Positions 38,177-47,772 of a stretch of DNA of 64,000 nt are shown one piece after another. The stretch comes from Deltaproteobacteria bacterium (lineage in GTDB: Bacteria > Desulfobacterota > Binatia > UBA12015): assembly GCA_046583355.1 (NCBI GenBank), contig JAYGCM010000019.1, forward strand, positions 1-64,000. Direction: 5' to 3'. Made by a program: the position numbers and the translations under genes. Every line of letters begins with the position of its first letter. Within the stretch, counting starts at the first letter, position 1. Under the pieces are notes generated by a model. It made no database searches. It was given only the letters and a program-made list of their open reading frames with translations, and was not told the origin of the DNA.

Positions 38177-38182
38177 AAATTA
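38177..38182 (-). promoter_or_regulatory. -10 element of putative leaderless transcript
   Basis: TAATTT, 6-nt spacer, then ATG at 38170. Confidence 0.5.
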
Positions 38183-38258
38183 GATGATAGTGATCTAATT
38201 TTCAAATGGTCGGGCACCCGCGGCGCGTGCGGTTCCAGCGCTGACGGTAGCCCCTCGC

Positions 38259-39380
38259 TCAGCCAGTCGGCAGATCCGCGAATTTCACGACTTCGGCCTG
38301 CGGCGTGTCGATCTCGCCTTCGGCGAGCATGAAGCGCCAGAAGACCAGCCCGAAGGGGCGGCCCTCGGTGTCGAGCCAATTGGCAAGACCCGGATTTTCG
38401 TGCGCGATCACGATGCGGAAGCTGCCGTCGGCATCGAGCTTCACCTGCTTGCGGTTCAGCGAGACCGAGCGGTTGGCGAAGTCGAAGGTCTGCATATGGC
38501 GGTTCCAGAGCATCACGCTGCCGATGCGGCATTGCGGCCAGCGCATGCGCATGACCAGAGCTTCATCGGGGCCGAGAAAAAACGGCGCCATCGAGTAGCA
38601 GGCATCCGCGGCGGCCAGGGGTTGCTCTCCGGGCAGCACCGGGGGCGGGAAGACATTGGGCACCTTCGAGACGAAATCCGGCGTCTCGGTGTTGGCCATC
38701 GGCGGCATATCCAGGGTGCGCGAGCGCAGGAAATTCCCGACACGCTCGATACCCGCCGCGACCGACTCGTCGCTCGGCGTAGCCGGGGCGGGCTGGTCGC
38801 TCAAATTTTCGATCCGCAAGGCAAAATTCCGTGCCGGGTCAGCGGCGGCGGGCGCCTCGTCTTCGAAATAATGGCGCGTCGTGATGCGGAAGGCGCCCTC
38901 GGGCAAAGGCAGCCAATTGCGCTCACATCTCTCACCGCCGACAAAAAACTCGAAGCGGCCGTCGGCGTCCACATCGATCTCGTTGTCGTTGAGAACGCCG
39001 CCCAGGCGCTCGCCCATGCTGCCATCGGGCTTGCCGCATTCGACGGTAAACGAGGTATAGACCGCGCCATCGAGCTGGCCACGCACGCGATAGGCAAAGC
39101 GTGGATCCACCGGCGCGTCGTAGTAGATCGCGTCGGCATTGTCGCCGGTGAATTTCCGGTTGGTGGCGACGATGCGCCGGAACTCCGGGTGCGCTGCATC
39201 CGTCTCGAAGCAGGACTCGAGTCCGCCCTGGAGAATATGCATCACGGCGCGCATGCCCTGGGCCACATCGTCGGCCGAGCCGAGGTTCCACTCGGGACTG
39301 AGCCAACGCTGGTCGACCTCCTCGAGCAGGCGGATCAGGTTCTTCAACGCGCTACGGCTTCGGCTCTCGATCTCGGACAT
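38259..39380 (-). CDS. DUF1214 domain protein
   Basis: GDNADAIYY.A.VD....YRVRG; SLNRKQVKLDADGSFRIVIAHENPGLANWLDTEGR. Confidence 0.8.
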   Translation of the reverse strand: MSEIESRSRSALKNLIRLLEEVDQRWLSPEWNLGSADDVAQGMRAVMHILQGGLESCFETDAAHPEFRRIVATNRKFTGDNADAIYYDAPVDPRFAYRVRGQLDGAVYTSFTVECGKPDGSMGERLGGVLNDNEIDVDADGRFEFFVGGERCERNWLPLPEGAFRITTRHYFEDEAPAAADPARNFALRIENLSDQPAPATPSDESVAAGIERVGNFLRSRTLDMPPMANTETPDFVSKVPNVFPPPVLPGEQPLAAADACYSMAPFFLGPDEALVMRMRWPQCRIGSVMLWNRHMQTFDFANRSVSLNRKQVKLDADGSFRIVIAHENPGLANWLDTEGRPFGLVFWRFMLAEGEIDTPQAEVVKFADLPTG

Positions 39381-39494
39381 ATGGTTCCCACCGCTACCTG
39401 CCTGCCGCAGCCGAAGTCAAAAAGCCCGCGACTTCGCAGGCACGCGTGAATTTCCGGCCGGTACGCAGTAGGACGAAAGCGGGAAAGCTCTACC

Positions 39495-40886
39495 ATGACA
39501 CCGATCCTCGACCATATTCTCGAAGATGCGCAGGAGCGCGGACTTGAACTCGACGACGCCTTCTACCGTGCCATCGAGCATGTGCAGGACGAGGCGCCCT
39601 TCCTGCTCATCACGGGCCGCGCCGGCACCGGCAAAAGCACCTTGATTCATCTGCTGCGCGACGCGCTCGAGGACAACGCCAATGTCGCGGTGGTCGCACC
39701 CACCGGGCTTGCCGCGATCCAGATCGGCGGACAGACAATCCACTCCTTTTGTCGGCTGCCGCCGCGGCCGGTCGAACTCTCGGATATCCGCAAGCTGCGC
39801 AACCGCTCGCTCTACGAGAACCTGGACGTGTTGATCGTCGACGAAATCTCGATGGTACGCGCCGACCTGCTCGACGGCATCGAGAAATTCCTGCGCATGA
39901 ACGGCCCCCACCGCAACCGCCCCTTTGGTGGCGTGCGCATGATCTGCGTCGGTGATCTTTTTCAGCTCGCCCCCGTAGTTCGCGACGCCGAGCGCCCCTT
40001 CTTCGAAGCGCATTATGCCAGCGAATGGTTCTTTGACGCGGCCTGCCTGCGTGACTCCGTTCTGCAACATATCGAATTGGAGAAAGTCCATCGCCAGGAA
40101 GATAGCGAAGACTTGGCGCTGCTGGATGCCTTGCGCGACGGCGGTCCGGGCGCGCCGCAGGCAATCGAGGGCATCAACCAACGTTGTAGCGTTGGCTTCC
40201 CCGACGGCATCGACGAGGCCGCGCTGGAGGGCCGCGTTACTTTGACGACGCGGGTAAACGACGCAGAAACCCGCAACCGCTACCAATTGCGCGCCCTTGC
40301 CGAGACACCGCGGCGCTATATGGGCCGCACCGAGGGCAACCTCCCGCCGACCCGCGAACGCCTGCCCGCGCCCATGCAACTCGACCTGGCCGTCGGTGCG
40401 CAGGTCCTCTTCACGCGCAACGACCCGAGCCAGCGTTGGGTCAACGGCACGCTGGGACGCGTCGTGAGCGTTGGCGACGAAAGTGCCGAAATCGAAATCC
40501 TCTGGGGGCCCGGCACCGGCGATGTCCATGAGGTTTCGGAAGTCACCTGGGAGTCGACGGCGTTTGAGTGGAATCCGGGCACGGGCCGTATCGAGACCCG
40601 CGTGGTCGGCAAATACAGCCAGCTGCCACTGATTCTGGCCTGGGCGATCACGATCCACAAAAGCCAGGGCATGACGCTGGATAATATGGCGATCGATCTC
40701 GGCCGCGGCGCCTTTGCCGACGGCCAACTCTACGTCGCCCTGTCGCGTTGCCGCCGCCTCGACCAGGTCCTGCTGCTGCGCCCGATCCACCAAAGCGACC
40801 TCCATGTCGCCGAAGCCGTCCGCGAATTCGAGGCCACCCTGCGAACCGGCCGCCTCTCCCGCCCCGTACAACCGGGTTTCTTCTGA
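39495..40886 (+). CDS. Pif1-family SF1B DNA helicase
   Basis: GRAGTGKS, APTGLAA, TIHSF, DEISM, PFGG, GDLFQLAPV, VHRQ, AWAITIHKSQGMT, GQLYVALSR. Confidence 0.9.
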   Translation: MTPILDHILEDAQERGLELDDAFYRAIEHVQDEAPFLLITGRAGTGKSTLIHLLRDALEDNANVAVVAPTGLAAIQIGGQTIHSFCRLPPRPVELSDIRKLRNRSLYENLDVLIVDEISMVRADLLDGIEKFLRMNGPHRNRPFGGVRMICVGDLFQLAPVVRDAERPFFEAHYASEWFFDAACLRDSVLQHIELEKVHRQEDSEDLALLDALRDGGPGAPQAIEGINQRCSVGFPDGIDEAALEGRVTLTTRVNDAETRNRYQLRALAETPRRYMGRTEGNLPPTRERLPAPMQLDLAVGAQVLFTRNDPSQRWVNGTLGRVVSVGDESAEIEILWGPGTGDVHEVSEVTWESTAFEWNPGTGRIETRVVGKYSQLPLILAWAITIHKSQGMTLDNMAIDLGRGAFADGQLYVALSRCRRLDQVLLLRPIHQSDLHVAEAVREFEATLRTGRLSRPVQPGFF

Positions 40887-40907
40887 GAGGGGGACTCTGT
40901 TCCCCTC

Positions 40908-40932
40908 CTCACGGCGGCAAAGCCGCCGTGAG
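40908..40932. repeat. Perfect 11-bp inverted repeat downstream of the helicase
   Basis: CTCACGGCGGC-AAA-GCCGCCGTGAG, preceded by a second imperfect hairpin. Confidence 0.55.
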
Positions 40933-41070
40933 CCTCCTCCCCCGGCTCGCTTTCGCTCGGCCGCGCCCGTTGGGCTCGGATTGAGTCGGGAGCGGTCGGC
41001 TTGGTTGCGGGGGGTGTGGAAGTTGGTTATTCCCGGCGCGTGCGCCGCGGCGTACAGGAGGAATTCGCTG

Positions 41071-41610
41071 ATGATGAAGAAGATGAATCGTACGTTATGC
41101 TTGACTTTGGGGTTGGCTCTGGTGGCGGGCTGTGCTCAGCAGGGCACCATCATGGGGCGCCTTTCGGTTCCCGGTGAAAAGACCTCGACGCCGGTTACGA
41201 TGAACTGGGCGACCACGGGCTTCAGCAGCGGCGGCACGATGAACGTCCACCTCCCCGCCGGCGAGACCTACACCGGCAAATTCCTCCAAGTCACCTCGAC
41301 GACCTCGGCCGATACGCTCGGCGGCGGTGGCTGGGGTGGGGTCGGCTGGAGTGGTGGTTACGGCGGTTACGGCGGCTACGGTGGTGGTTGGAACGATTGG
41401 GGCCCTTACGGCAGCCCTTGGGGCGGCGGCGGCAGCTACTCGACCTTCGTGACCAACTACAGCGGCAAAGTGATCGCGACGCTCTTCGGCGACAAGGGCA
41501 ATACGATGCGTTGCCGCTTCCATCTCTCGCAGCCCGCCTCCGGCATGGAAGGTGGCGGCGTCGGCGAATGCGAGGTCAAGGGCGGCGACAAGATCGCAGC
41601 TCAATTCTAG
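41071..41610 (+). CDS. Lipoprotein with Gly/Trp/Tyr-rich low-complexity insert
   Basis: AGGAGG RBS; LVAGC lipobox; GGGGWGGVGWSGGYGGYGGYGGGW; C-terminal MRCRF...GGVGEC. Confidence 0.8.
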   Translation: MMKKMNRTLCLTLGLALVAGCAQQGTIMGRLSVPGEKTSTPVTMNWATTGFSSGGTMNVHLPAGETYTGKFLQVTSTTSADTLGGGGWGGVGWSGGYGGYGGYGGGWNDWGPYGSPWGGGGSYSTFVTNYSGKVIATLFGDKGNTMRCRFHLSQPASGMEGGGVGECEVKGGDKIAAQF

Positions 41611-42695
41611 AGCATTCCCTTCCGGCAACGGGGGGTCGGGTGGGTCTTGGCCCCTGTCCAGCGCAGGGCCAGACCCCCTCGCCTATGGCCCGCCGTGTCG
41701 AGCCAATTGGGTTTGCCCGGGTCGCTATGGGCTATGATGACGCGGACCAGGCCGTCGGCGTCTGCGACGGCGGTTGCTTGGTTCACGTGCGTGTCGTGGT
41801 GGAAATAATCCAATGACTCGAGCCAATGGTTGCCGATCTGCAGGTTCCAATACTCGCATTCCGGCGGCTCGAACTCGATGAAAAGCGCTTCGCCCTCGCC
41901 CAACTCCCAATACGAATAATTGTAGCTGGTATTCGGATCGCCCTGCGCAAAGGCGATCAGTTCCTCGGGGATCGGTCGGATCTCATGCTTGTGGGTCTGG
42001 AAATGCTCGGTCCATTTCAAGAATTGACCAAGCGTGCCCTTGAGCAGCCCACCCATGCCCCCCAGCGAGGCGAGAAAGCGGCCCGCATCGAGCGGTGCCG
42101 GCACGCGATCGTCGCCGAGTTTCGCAAGCTCCAACGAAGCCGGCCGCTGGTGGCGGCGGTCAAGAAGCACCTGGCGGACCTGCAACGAGTTGGTCGCCTC
42201 CTTCATCGGCAGCCAATTGCCCGCCTGTTCCTCGACGCTGATCGCCAATTCGAAACGTCCGGCCACGTCGAATTCCAGGGCGGAAGTCTCGACGTAGCCG
42301 TCGCGGAGCAAGCCCTCCTTCGAGCCCAGACTGCCCGAAAAGCTGCCGATACCGAGGAAGGCCGCATCGCCCTTCTCTCCGCGCAGAATATAGCGAAAAC
42401 GCGGATCGAGCCCGGCGCGGTAGTAGACATAATCTGGGTTGTCGAGGCCGACCTTCATCGGCTGTGAGAACAGCGTCTGGCGGGCTGGCGTCGGATCCGC
42501 GGTCGAGAGACGCAAGAAGGCCGACGTCAAGCGCGCCAGATAGCGCAGGCCCTCGGCACGGTCGCGCTCGTCATCAGGCGCCGCAGCGAGCACCATCCGG
42601 CCGGCGCTTTTCAGATCGTCACAAAAAGCATCCCAGCTCTCGATCTCGATGCTGCCCGGCTCCTCTGTCGTCTTTTCGTTCATCTCATCTCTCAT
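41607..42695 (-). CDS. DUF1214 domain protein (Rv3531c-like)
   Basis: RAEGLRYLARL, GLDNPDYVY, NHWLESLDY, DADGLVRVIIAHSDPGKPNWLDTAG; ATGA overlap with the sulfotransferase. Confidence 0.8.
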   Translation of the reverse strand: MRDEMNEKTTEEPGSIEIESWDAFCDDLKSAGRMVLAAAPDDERDRAEGLRYLARLTSAFLRLSTADPTPARQTLFSQPMKVGLDNPDYVYYRAGLDPRFRYILRGEKGDAAFLGIGSFSGSLGSKEGLLRDGYVETSALEFDVAGRFELAISVEEQAGNWLPMKEATNSLQVRQVLLDRRHQRPASLELAKLGDDRVPAPLDAGRFLASLGGMGGLLKGTLGQFLKWTEHFQTHKHEIRPIPEELIAFAQGDPNTSYNYSYWELGEGEALFIEFEPPECEYWNLQIGNHWLESLDYFHHDTHVNQATAVADADGLVRVIIAHSDPGKPNWLDTAGHRRGGLALRWTGAKTHPTPRCRKGML

Positions 42696-43879
42696 TTCGC
42701 GTTGCCTATGCCCTCTTCCGACGCGATATCGAAGCACTCGATATAAGCCGCAAAGCGCTCGCGGATCTGATCGTCGTCGAGGCCGAAGCGCGCGGCATCG
42801 TATCGGTGTGCCGGGGCCTTGTGCTTGCGGCGCCACGCCTGCATCGCCTCTGCTGCCTCTGGCGCGAGCGTGCGGTCGGTCGCCTCGTAAATTTGCCGGA
42901 TCTGCCCGAGCGGGTCGCGCCGAAAATCGGCAAAATGCATATCGAGAAAGCGCTCGGGCTGCACTTCCCGCACCGCCATCATACGCTCGATGCCACGCGC
43001 CCAGAGTTCGTTCTGCTCCGCGCCGAGACGCACATCGTCGGGCACGCCATCGTTCACCTTCCGGGCGGTCGCATTGAGGCTCGCCACCGAAGGAATCGAA
43101 CGCGCCGGGTCGCGGTGCGTCATGACGATCCGCGCCTCCGGCACGGCCTCGAGCAAGGCGTCCGCAGCAAAGAGGTGGCTCGGGTCTTTCAGCACCCAGA
43201 CCCGGTCGGTGTGGTTCATTCCTATCAAGCGCAAATTATTCGCCCAGCGTCGATAGGCCGGCCGCATATCGTGCGCGGCCCACCACGCCGAGTAGCCACT
43301 CACACCAGCGGCGCATTCGAAGGTGACACTCGCAAAGCTCTGGCGCAGCAGGTTCCAGCATTCATCGGGCGCGTCGGCCTGCATCTCGTGGATGGCCCGC
43401 ATCGATGCCGGCATCTGTGCGAGCATCGCCACACAACGCTGATAACCGGGCGCAGCGTCCCAGGCGGCGCGCGGCGGCCGCGGGCGAGGGTTCTGGGCCA
43501 GCCAGAGTTCGAGCCCTTGATGGGCAGGGTCGGCGCAGAGCATCCCCTGCAGAGCCGTCGTACCGGTGCGCGGCAGGCCGATAATGACCAGCGGTGCGCC
43601 CAGATCCACGCCACGATGCTCGGGGTTCGCTTGCAACGCTGCCTCGGCAAGCAGACGCCCGGCCAGCGCCGTGACGACCATGCCAGCGAGCATCTGACGG
43701 CCATTGGCCGAGAGCTCGGCATCGTCGTCGAGACTGCGCAACAACACGCGCAAGCCTTCTTCGAACTCGATATCGCCGAAATCATCGACACCGGCCAGCG
43801 CGACGGCAAACTCGCGCAGGCTCTGCTCGGCGTCGATCAGCGCGACATCGGCGGGTACAATCTCGGGCAGACCAGCCAT
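42692..43879 (-). CDS. Sulfotransferase family protein (Rv3529c-like)
   Basis: IIGLPRTGTT 5'-PAPS loop, WVLKDPSHL, THRDP..SIPS 3'-phosphate motif. Confidence 0.9.
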   Translation of the reverse strand: MAGLPEIVPADVALIDAEQSLREFAVALAGVDDFGDIEFEEGLRVLLRSLDDDAELSANGRQMLAGMVVTALAGRLLAEAALQANPEHRGVDLGAPLVIIGLPRTGTTALQGMLCADPAHQGLELWLAQNPRPRPPRAAWDAAPGYQRCVAMLAQMPASMRAIHEMQADAPDECWNLLRQSFASVTFECAAGVSGYSAWWAAHDMRPAYRRWANNLRLIGMNHTDRVWVLKDPSHLFAADALLEAVPEARIVMTHRDPARSIPSVASLNATARKVNDGVPDDVRLGAEQNELWARGIERMMAVREVQPERFLDMHFADFRRDPLGQIRQIYEATDRTLAPEAAEAMQAWRRKHKAPAHRYDAARFGLDDDQIRERFAAYIECFDIASEEGIGNAK

Positions 43880-43883
43880 TTTT

Positions 43884-44666
43884 TTAATGCGCGACTTCGC
43901 CCGAAGTGACATCCAGACATTGGCCGGTGATCGAGCGTGACATCTCGCTGAGGAAGAAGACCACGGCGTCGGCGATTTCATCGGGTTCCGGCGCACGGCG
44001 CAACATCAACGAGCCGAGAATCTCCTCCTCGGCGGCCGCGGCCGTACCGCCCGTCTCGGCCGCCTGCATCTGCGCCACCAACTCGACGACAGCGGCTCCG
44101 ATATAACCCGGTGCCACCATATTCACGCGGATTCCGTCCGGGCCGTTCTCGGCAGCCAGGCTGCGCCCCATACCGAGGAGCGCATGCTTGGCCATCTTGT
44201 AGGGGCCATAGGCGGGCGGCTGCTTGCGCAGCACAACCGAGCCAATCATGACGATCGAGCCGCCACCCTGCCGTTTCATATGCGGCAGGACGGCCTGAGA
44301 AAGGCGCAGCGGCGCGTAGACGTTGACCTCAAACGAGGATTGGATCTTCGCGAGATCATAGTCGGCAAGCGCGCCAAAGGGCGGCATGCGGAAGGCATTG
44401 TTGACCAATCCATCGACCCGACCGAATTCCTCGATGGTGCGCACCACCAGAGCGTCGCAATCTTCGGGCTTGGTCAGATCCGTCGGAACCGCGAGCGCAC
44501 GCCGCCCGAGCGCCTCGACTTCCCTCGCCACAGCATCGAGTCGCTCGGCGGTACGCGCGGCCAGAACCACATCGGCTCCCGCCGCCGCCGCACGTAGCGC
44601 TGTTGAGCGCCCCAGCCCCGGCCCGATACCCGAAACAATCACCACTTTGCCTGCCAGAAGATCCAT
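43884..44666 (-). CDS. SDR oxidoreductase (Rv3530c-like)
   Basis: VSGIGPGLG, NNAF, YKMAK, ITGQCLDVTSG. Confidence 0.9.
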   Translation of the reverse strand: MDLLAGKVVIVSGIGPGLGRSTALRAAAAGADVVLAARTAERLDAVAREVEALGRRALAVPTDLTKPEDCDALVVRTIEEFGRVDGLVNNAFRMPPFGALADYDLAKIQSSFEVNVYAPLRLSQAVLPHMKRQGGGSIVMIGSVVLRKQPPAYGPYKMAKHALLGMGRSLAAENGPDGIRVNMVAPGYIGAAVVELVAQMQAAETGGTAAAAEEEILGSLMLRRAPEPDEIADAVVFFLSEMSRSITGQCLDVTSGEVAH

Positions 44667-44781
44667 CCATTCCCCTTTGCTGTTTCGAAACTATCGCGCC
44701 AGCCCGCAACCACAACGGCCCACCGCCGATTTTGCGCTGACGGATCGATTGGCGTCGGCAAAGCTGCTAGACCTGCCAACC

Positions 44782-44925
44782 ATGCAGGGTGGTGGGATGG
44801 TGGAAGAAGCAGCGACAGAGCGGGAGGCGACACCGCTTCCGATCACGCTGGCATTGCTGGTCTGGGCAACAGTAGCCCTCGTTTTGGTAGGAGCAGCGAT
44901 TCTCGGCGGCCAACCGCCGGTATAG
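44782..44925 (+). CDS. Possible small single-pass membrane protein
   Basis: 47 aa with one clear TM segment (LPITLALLVWATVALVLVGAAIL); fills an intergenic gap. Confidence 0.35.
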   Translation: MQGGGMVEEAATEREATPLPITLALLVWATVALVLVGAAILGGQPPV

Positions 44926-45003
44926 CAACGCGGCCCGCGCTATTTGGTCTGCGGCGGCCTGGTCGCGGCGTACCCATTATGCGCGACGGCGCGAATCCTG
45001 CGC

Positions 45004-45036
45004 AAAAAAAAGCCCCCGACCCGAGGGTCGAGGGCT
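45004..45036 (-). terminator. Rho-independent terminator of the porin gene
   Basis: Minus strand GC-rich stem-loop GCCCTCGACCC-TC-GGGTCGGGGGC followed by T8. Confidence 0.8.
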
Positions 45037-45098
45037 CCGAAGTCCCCACGGCAGCGACAGCGACCGGACAAAATGCCGCTGCCGCCGCGCAGGAAGGA

Positions 45099-46037
45099 TC
45101 AGTAATCCATCGAGATGCCCATGCCGAAGTTCGGCTGCCAGGCACTGCCCGTCCGGATCGCGGCGCTCTGCCAGATGCCGTAGACACCAGCCGCAACCGA
45201 CCAATCACCGTAACCGGCAGGCACGAAGGCGAGCGGTACCGAAGCAACGGCACCAACCGTACCCCAGCCGAGGTCATTATCGCCGAAGTAGCCTTCGTAC
45301 ATCGAGACACCAAGCGCCACCGGCGTCGAGATGCTGACCGGGTAGTCGCTGTTTTCCAGCACGGTACAACCCGGCTCAATGCCGAACTCAAAATACCCTG
45401 CATTGTTGCCCTCGAAGGCCGTCTGATCCCGATGGATCTCAAACGCAAACGTCGCATAAGGCGAAAGCGCAAAGGCTCCGAGAAGATCGGAGTCATCATA
45501 GCTCAGAGCGATATCGATCTCGCCGATATCACCACCTGTGCTCGGGTACGTATAAGCGATGTAGCTGACGCTGGCGCTCAAACCGTGACCAAGCGAGGTG
45601 CTGATGCCGGCATAGAAATCCGACTCGTACCAGTTATGAGGCGACTGGCCTCCGAGGACTTCATCACCCTTCGTGTTGATGCTGTTCCACGTGCCGAAAA
45701 AGAGCGACACGTCGCCAAAATGTCCGGCGCCGTTATCCACCAACTGAATACCGATTTCGGCCCAGGGCTGAACCTGAAGGCCGGCGATCTGCTGCGTATA
45801 GCCGCGGAAGAAGTACTTGTCGGAGAAGTCGACCCCGGCCGAAATGCTGACCATGCCGTTATTTCCGGCCGCGCAATCCGCACATTCCACCGCTTCGACG
45901 ACCACGACCTCTTCGCCCACAATCACGGCGTCCCCTGCAGCCACATCGGCCTGAGCCACACCAACCAAGGCGAGCGAACCCGCCGCCACAAATGCCGCCG
46001 TCAGGCGAGCGCTCTTCGATCTCTCAAACATTCCCAT
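45099..46037 (-). CDS. Outer-membrane beta-barrel, TorF/TIGR02001-like putative porin
   Basis: GGAGG RBS; signal peptide; SDKYFFRGYTQ, GTWNS, ESDFYAG, YTYP; alternating C-terminal strand ending in Tyr. Confidence 0.75.
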   Translation of the reverse strand: MGMFERSKSARLTAAFVAAGSLALVGVAQADVAAGDAVIVGEEVVVVEAVECADCAAGNNGMVSISAGVDFSDKYFFRGYTQQIAGLQVQPWAEIGIQLVDNGAGHFGDVSLFFGTWNSINTKGDEVLGGQSPHNWYESDFYAGISTSLGHGLSASVSYIAYTYPSTGGDIGEIDIALSYDDSDLLGAFALSPYATFAFEIHRDQTAFEGNNAGYFEFGIEPGCTVLENSDYPVSISTPVALGVSMYEGYFGDNDLGWGTVGAVASVPLAFVPAGYGDWSVAAGVYGIWQSAAIRTGSAWQPNFGMGISMDY

Positions 46038-46072
46038 TCTCTTTCCTCCTCTGAATATGCTGGACGAACCCG

Positions 46073-46108
46073 GGCATGAAAACGAACTCATTCCAATGAG
46101 TTCATGCC
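46073..46108. promoter_or_regulatory. Inverted repeat in the porin leader region
   Basis: GAACTCATT-CC-AATGAGTTC, flanked by GGCAT...ATGCC. Confidence 0.45.
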
Positions 46109-46486
46109 TCTTGAGTCGCCTCTCTCCGTCTTTCGATCGGTGAGCGAATCCCGCATCACGGGCCACACACCCTCCCCACAGCAACCATCCCGTACGCCAC
46201 GCGCGGTCCGCGCAGCGAGAAGTACAAGCGAACTGTATAAAATTTTACCCCGGCAACGCAAGCGCCCCGAAATTTCTCCTCAAGACGGCTCCGCTTCGTG
46301 CACCGACTGCCCAAAAAGACACCATATCCAATGCCTTGGTGCCCACCAAAGCAGCCCCGACAGGCCGGATCTGGCCTCCCCTTCGCCTGAATCGCCGGTA
46401 AATCCTCTCAACCGGCACGAAAATCCAGACGCGCACCTCGTTCCGATGGAGACTGGCTGCGGTTCTGATTATGTTCTCGTTTCGCG

Positions 46487-47281
46487 ATGCGTGTCTATCT
46501 GAATCTGATGCAGAGAATTCTGGACGAAGGAAAGGACCGGGACGACCGGACGGGGACCGGCACCCGCAGCGTCTTCGGCCACCAGATGCGCTTTGACCTG
46601 CGCGAGGGCTTCCCCTGCCTCACCACCAAGAAGCTCCACCTGCGCTCCATCATCATCGAGCTGCTCTGGTTCCTGCGCGGCGAGACGAATATTGCGTGGC
46701 TCAAAGAGAACGGCGTCTCGATCTGGAATGAGTGGGCCGATGAGGCCGGCGAGCTCGGCCCGGTCTACGGCCACCAATGGCGCTCCTGGCCGCGCATGGA
46801 TGGCGGCACGATCGACCAGATCGCCTGGCTGGAAAACGAGATCCGGCAAAATCCCGACTCGCGCCGGCTCATCGTCTCGGCCTGGAACCCGGCCGATGTA
46901 GAGAAGATGGCGCTACCGCCCTGCCATTGCCTCTTCCAATTCTATGTCGCCGAGGGCCGCCTCTCCTGCCAACTCTACCAACGCAGCGCCGATGTCTTCT
47001 TGGGCGTGCCCTTCAATATTGCCTCCTATGCGCTGCTCACCGCCATGCTCGCCCACACCACCGGGCTTGAACCGGGCGAGTTCATTCACACACTCGGCGA
47101 CGCACACCTCTATTCGAACCATCTCGGCCAGGCCCGGTTACAGATCAGCCGTGCCCCACGTGCCTTGCCACGCTTGAAAATCACGCGCGACATCAATTCG
47201 ATTTTCGATTTCCGCTACGAAGATTTCGCGCTGGAGGGTTACGAGCCACACCCGCATATCAAGGCGGCGGTCGCGGTTTGA
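46487..47281 (+). CDS. thyA: Thymidylate synthase
   Basis: [53 protein letters not shown]. Confidence 0.98.
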   Translation: MRVYLNLMQRILDEGKDRDDRTGTGTRSVFGHQMRFDLREGFPCLTTKKLHLRSIIIELLWFLRGETNIAWLKENGVSIWNEWADEAGELGPVYGHQWRSWPRMDGGTIDQIAWLENEIRQNPDSRRLIVSAWNPADVEKMALPPCHCLFQFYVAEGRLSCQLYQRSADVFLGVPFNIASYALLTAMLAHTTGLEPGEFIHTLGDAHLYSNHLGQARLQISRAPRALPRLKITRDINSIFDFRYEDFALEGYEPHPHIKAAVAV

Positions 47282-47772
47282 GGGTCTCGCTGATCGTCGC
47301 GGCAGCCGAGAACAATGTCATCGGCAAAGACGGCGCGCTGCCTTGGCGGCTGCCCGACGACCTCAAGCATTTCAAAGCGCTGACCCGCGGCCACCATATA
47401 GTGATGGGAAGGCGCACCTGGGAGTCGATCGGCCGCGTACTGCCCGAGCGCGTGAGCATCGTGCTTTCGCGACAGCCCGCACTGGCGCTGGAAGGCGCCC
47501 ATGTGGTCGCCGGCATAGGTGCCGCGCTGGCGCTGGCCGAGGCCGCCGGCGAAGACGAAGCCTTCGTGATCGGCGGGGCTGCGGTCTATGCAGCCGCGCT
47601 GCCACGCACCGACCGCATCCATCTGACCCGCGTCCACGCCACAATCGAAGGCGATACCGGCCTGCCCGCCTGGCCGGCCGAGCAATTCGTCGAGACCTCG
47701 GCCGAGATGCACCCGGCCGACGAAAAACACCCGTATAGCTTCAGCTTCATCGAGCTCAACCGAATCGGCTAG
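47278..47772 (+). CDS. folA: Dihydrofolate reductase
   Basis: [37 protein letters not shown] start overlapping the thyA stop. Confidence 0.95.
   Translation: MRVSLIVAAAENNVIGKDGALPWRLPDDLKHFKALTRGHHIVMGRRTWESIGRVLPERVSIVLSRQPALALEGAHVVAGIGAALALAEAAGEDEAFVIGGAAVYAAALPRTDRIHLTRVHATIEGDTGLPAWPAEQFVETSAEMHPADEKHPYSFSFIELNRIG

Noticed and set aside
46110..46200. Glutamine riboswitch or sigma54 promoter upstream of the porin
   Set aside because: Only a partial resemblance (CGCUCACC...GACGGAG) without the GGAAGU/GAAGGAACG core; no GG-N10-GC with correct spacing found.
46233..46248. LexA (SOS) box
   Set aside because: CTGTATAAAATTTTAC has the left CTGT half only; no ACAG right half.
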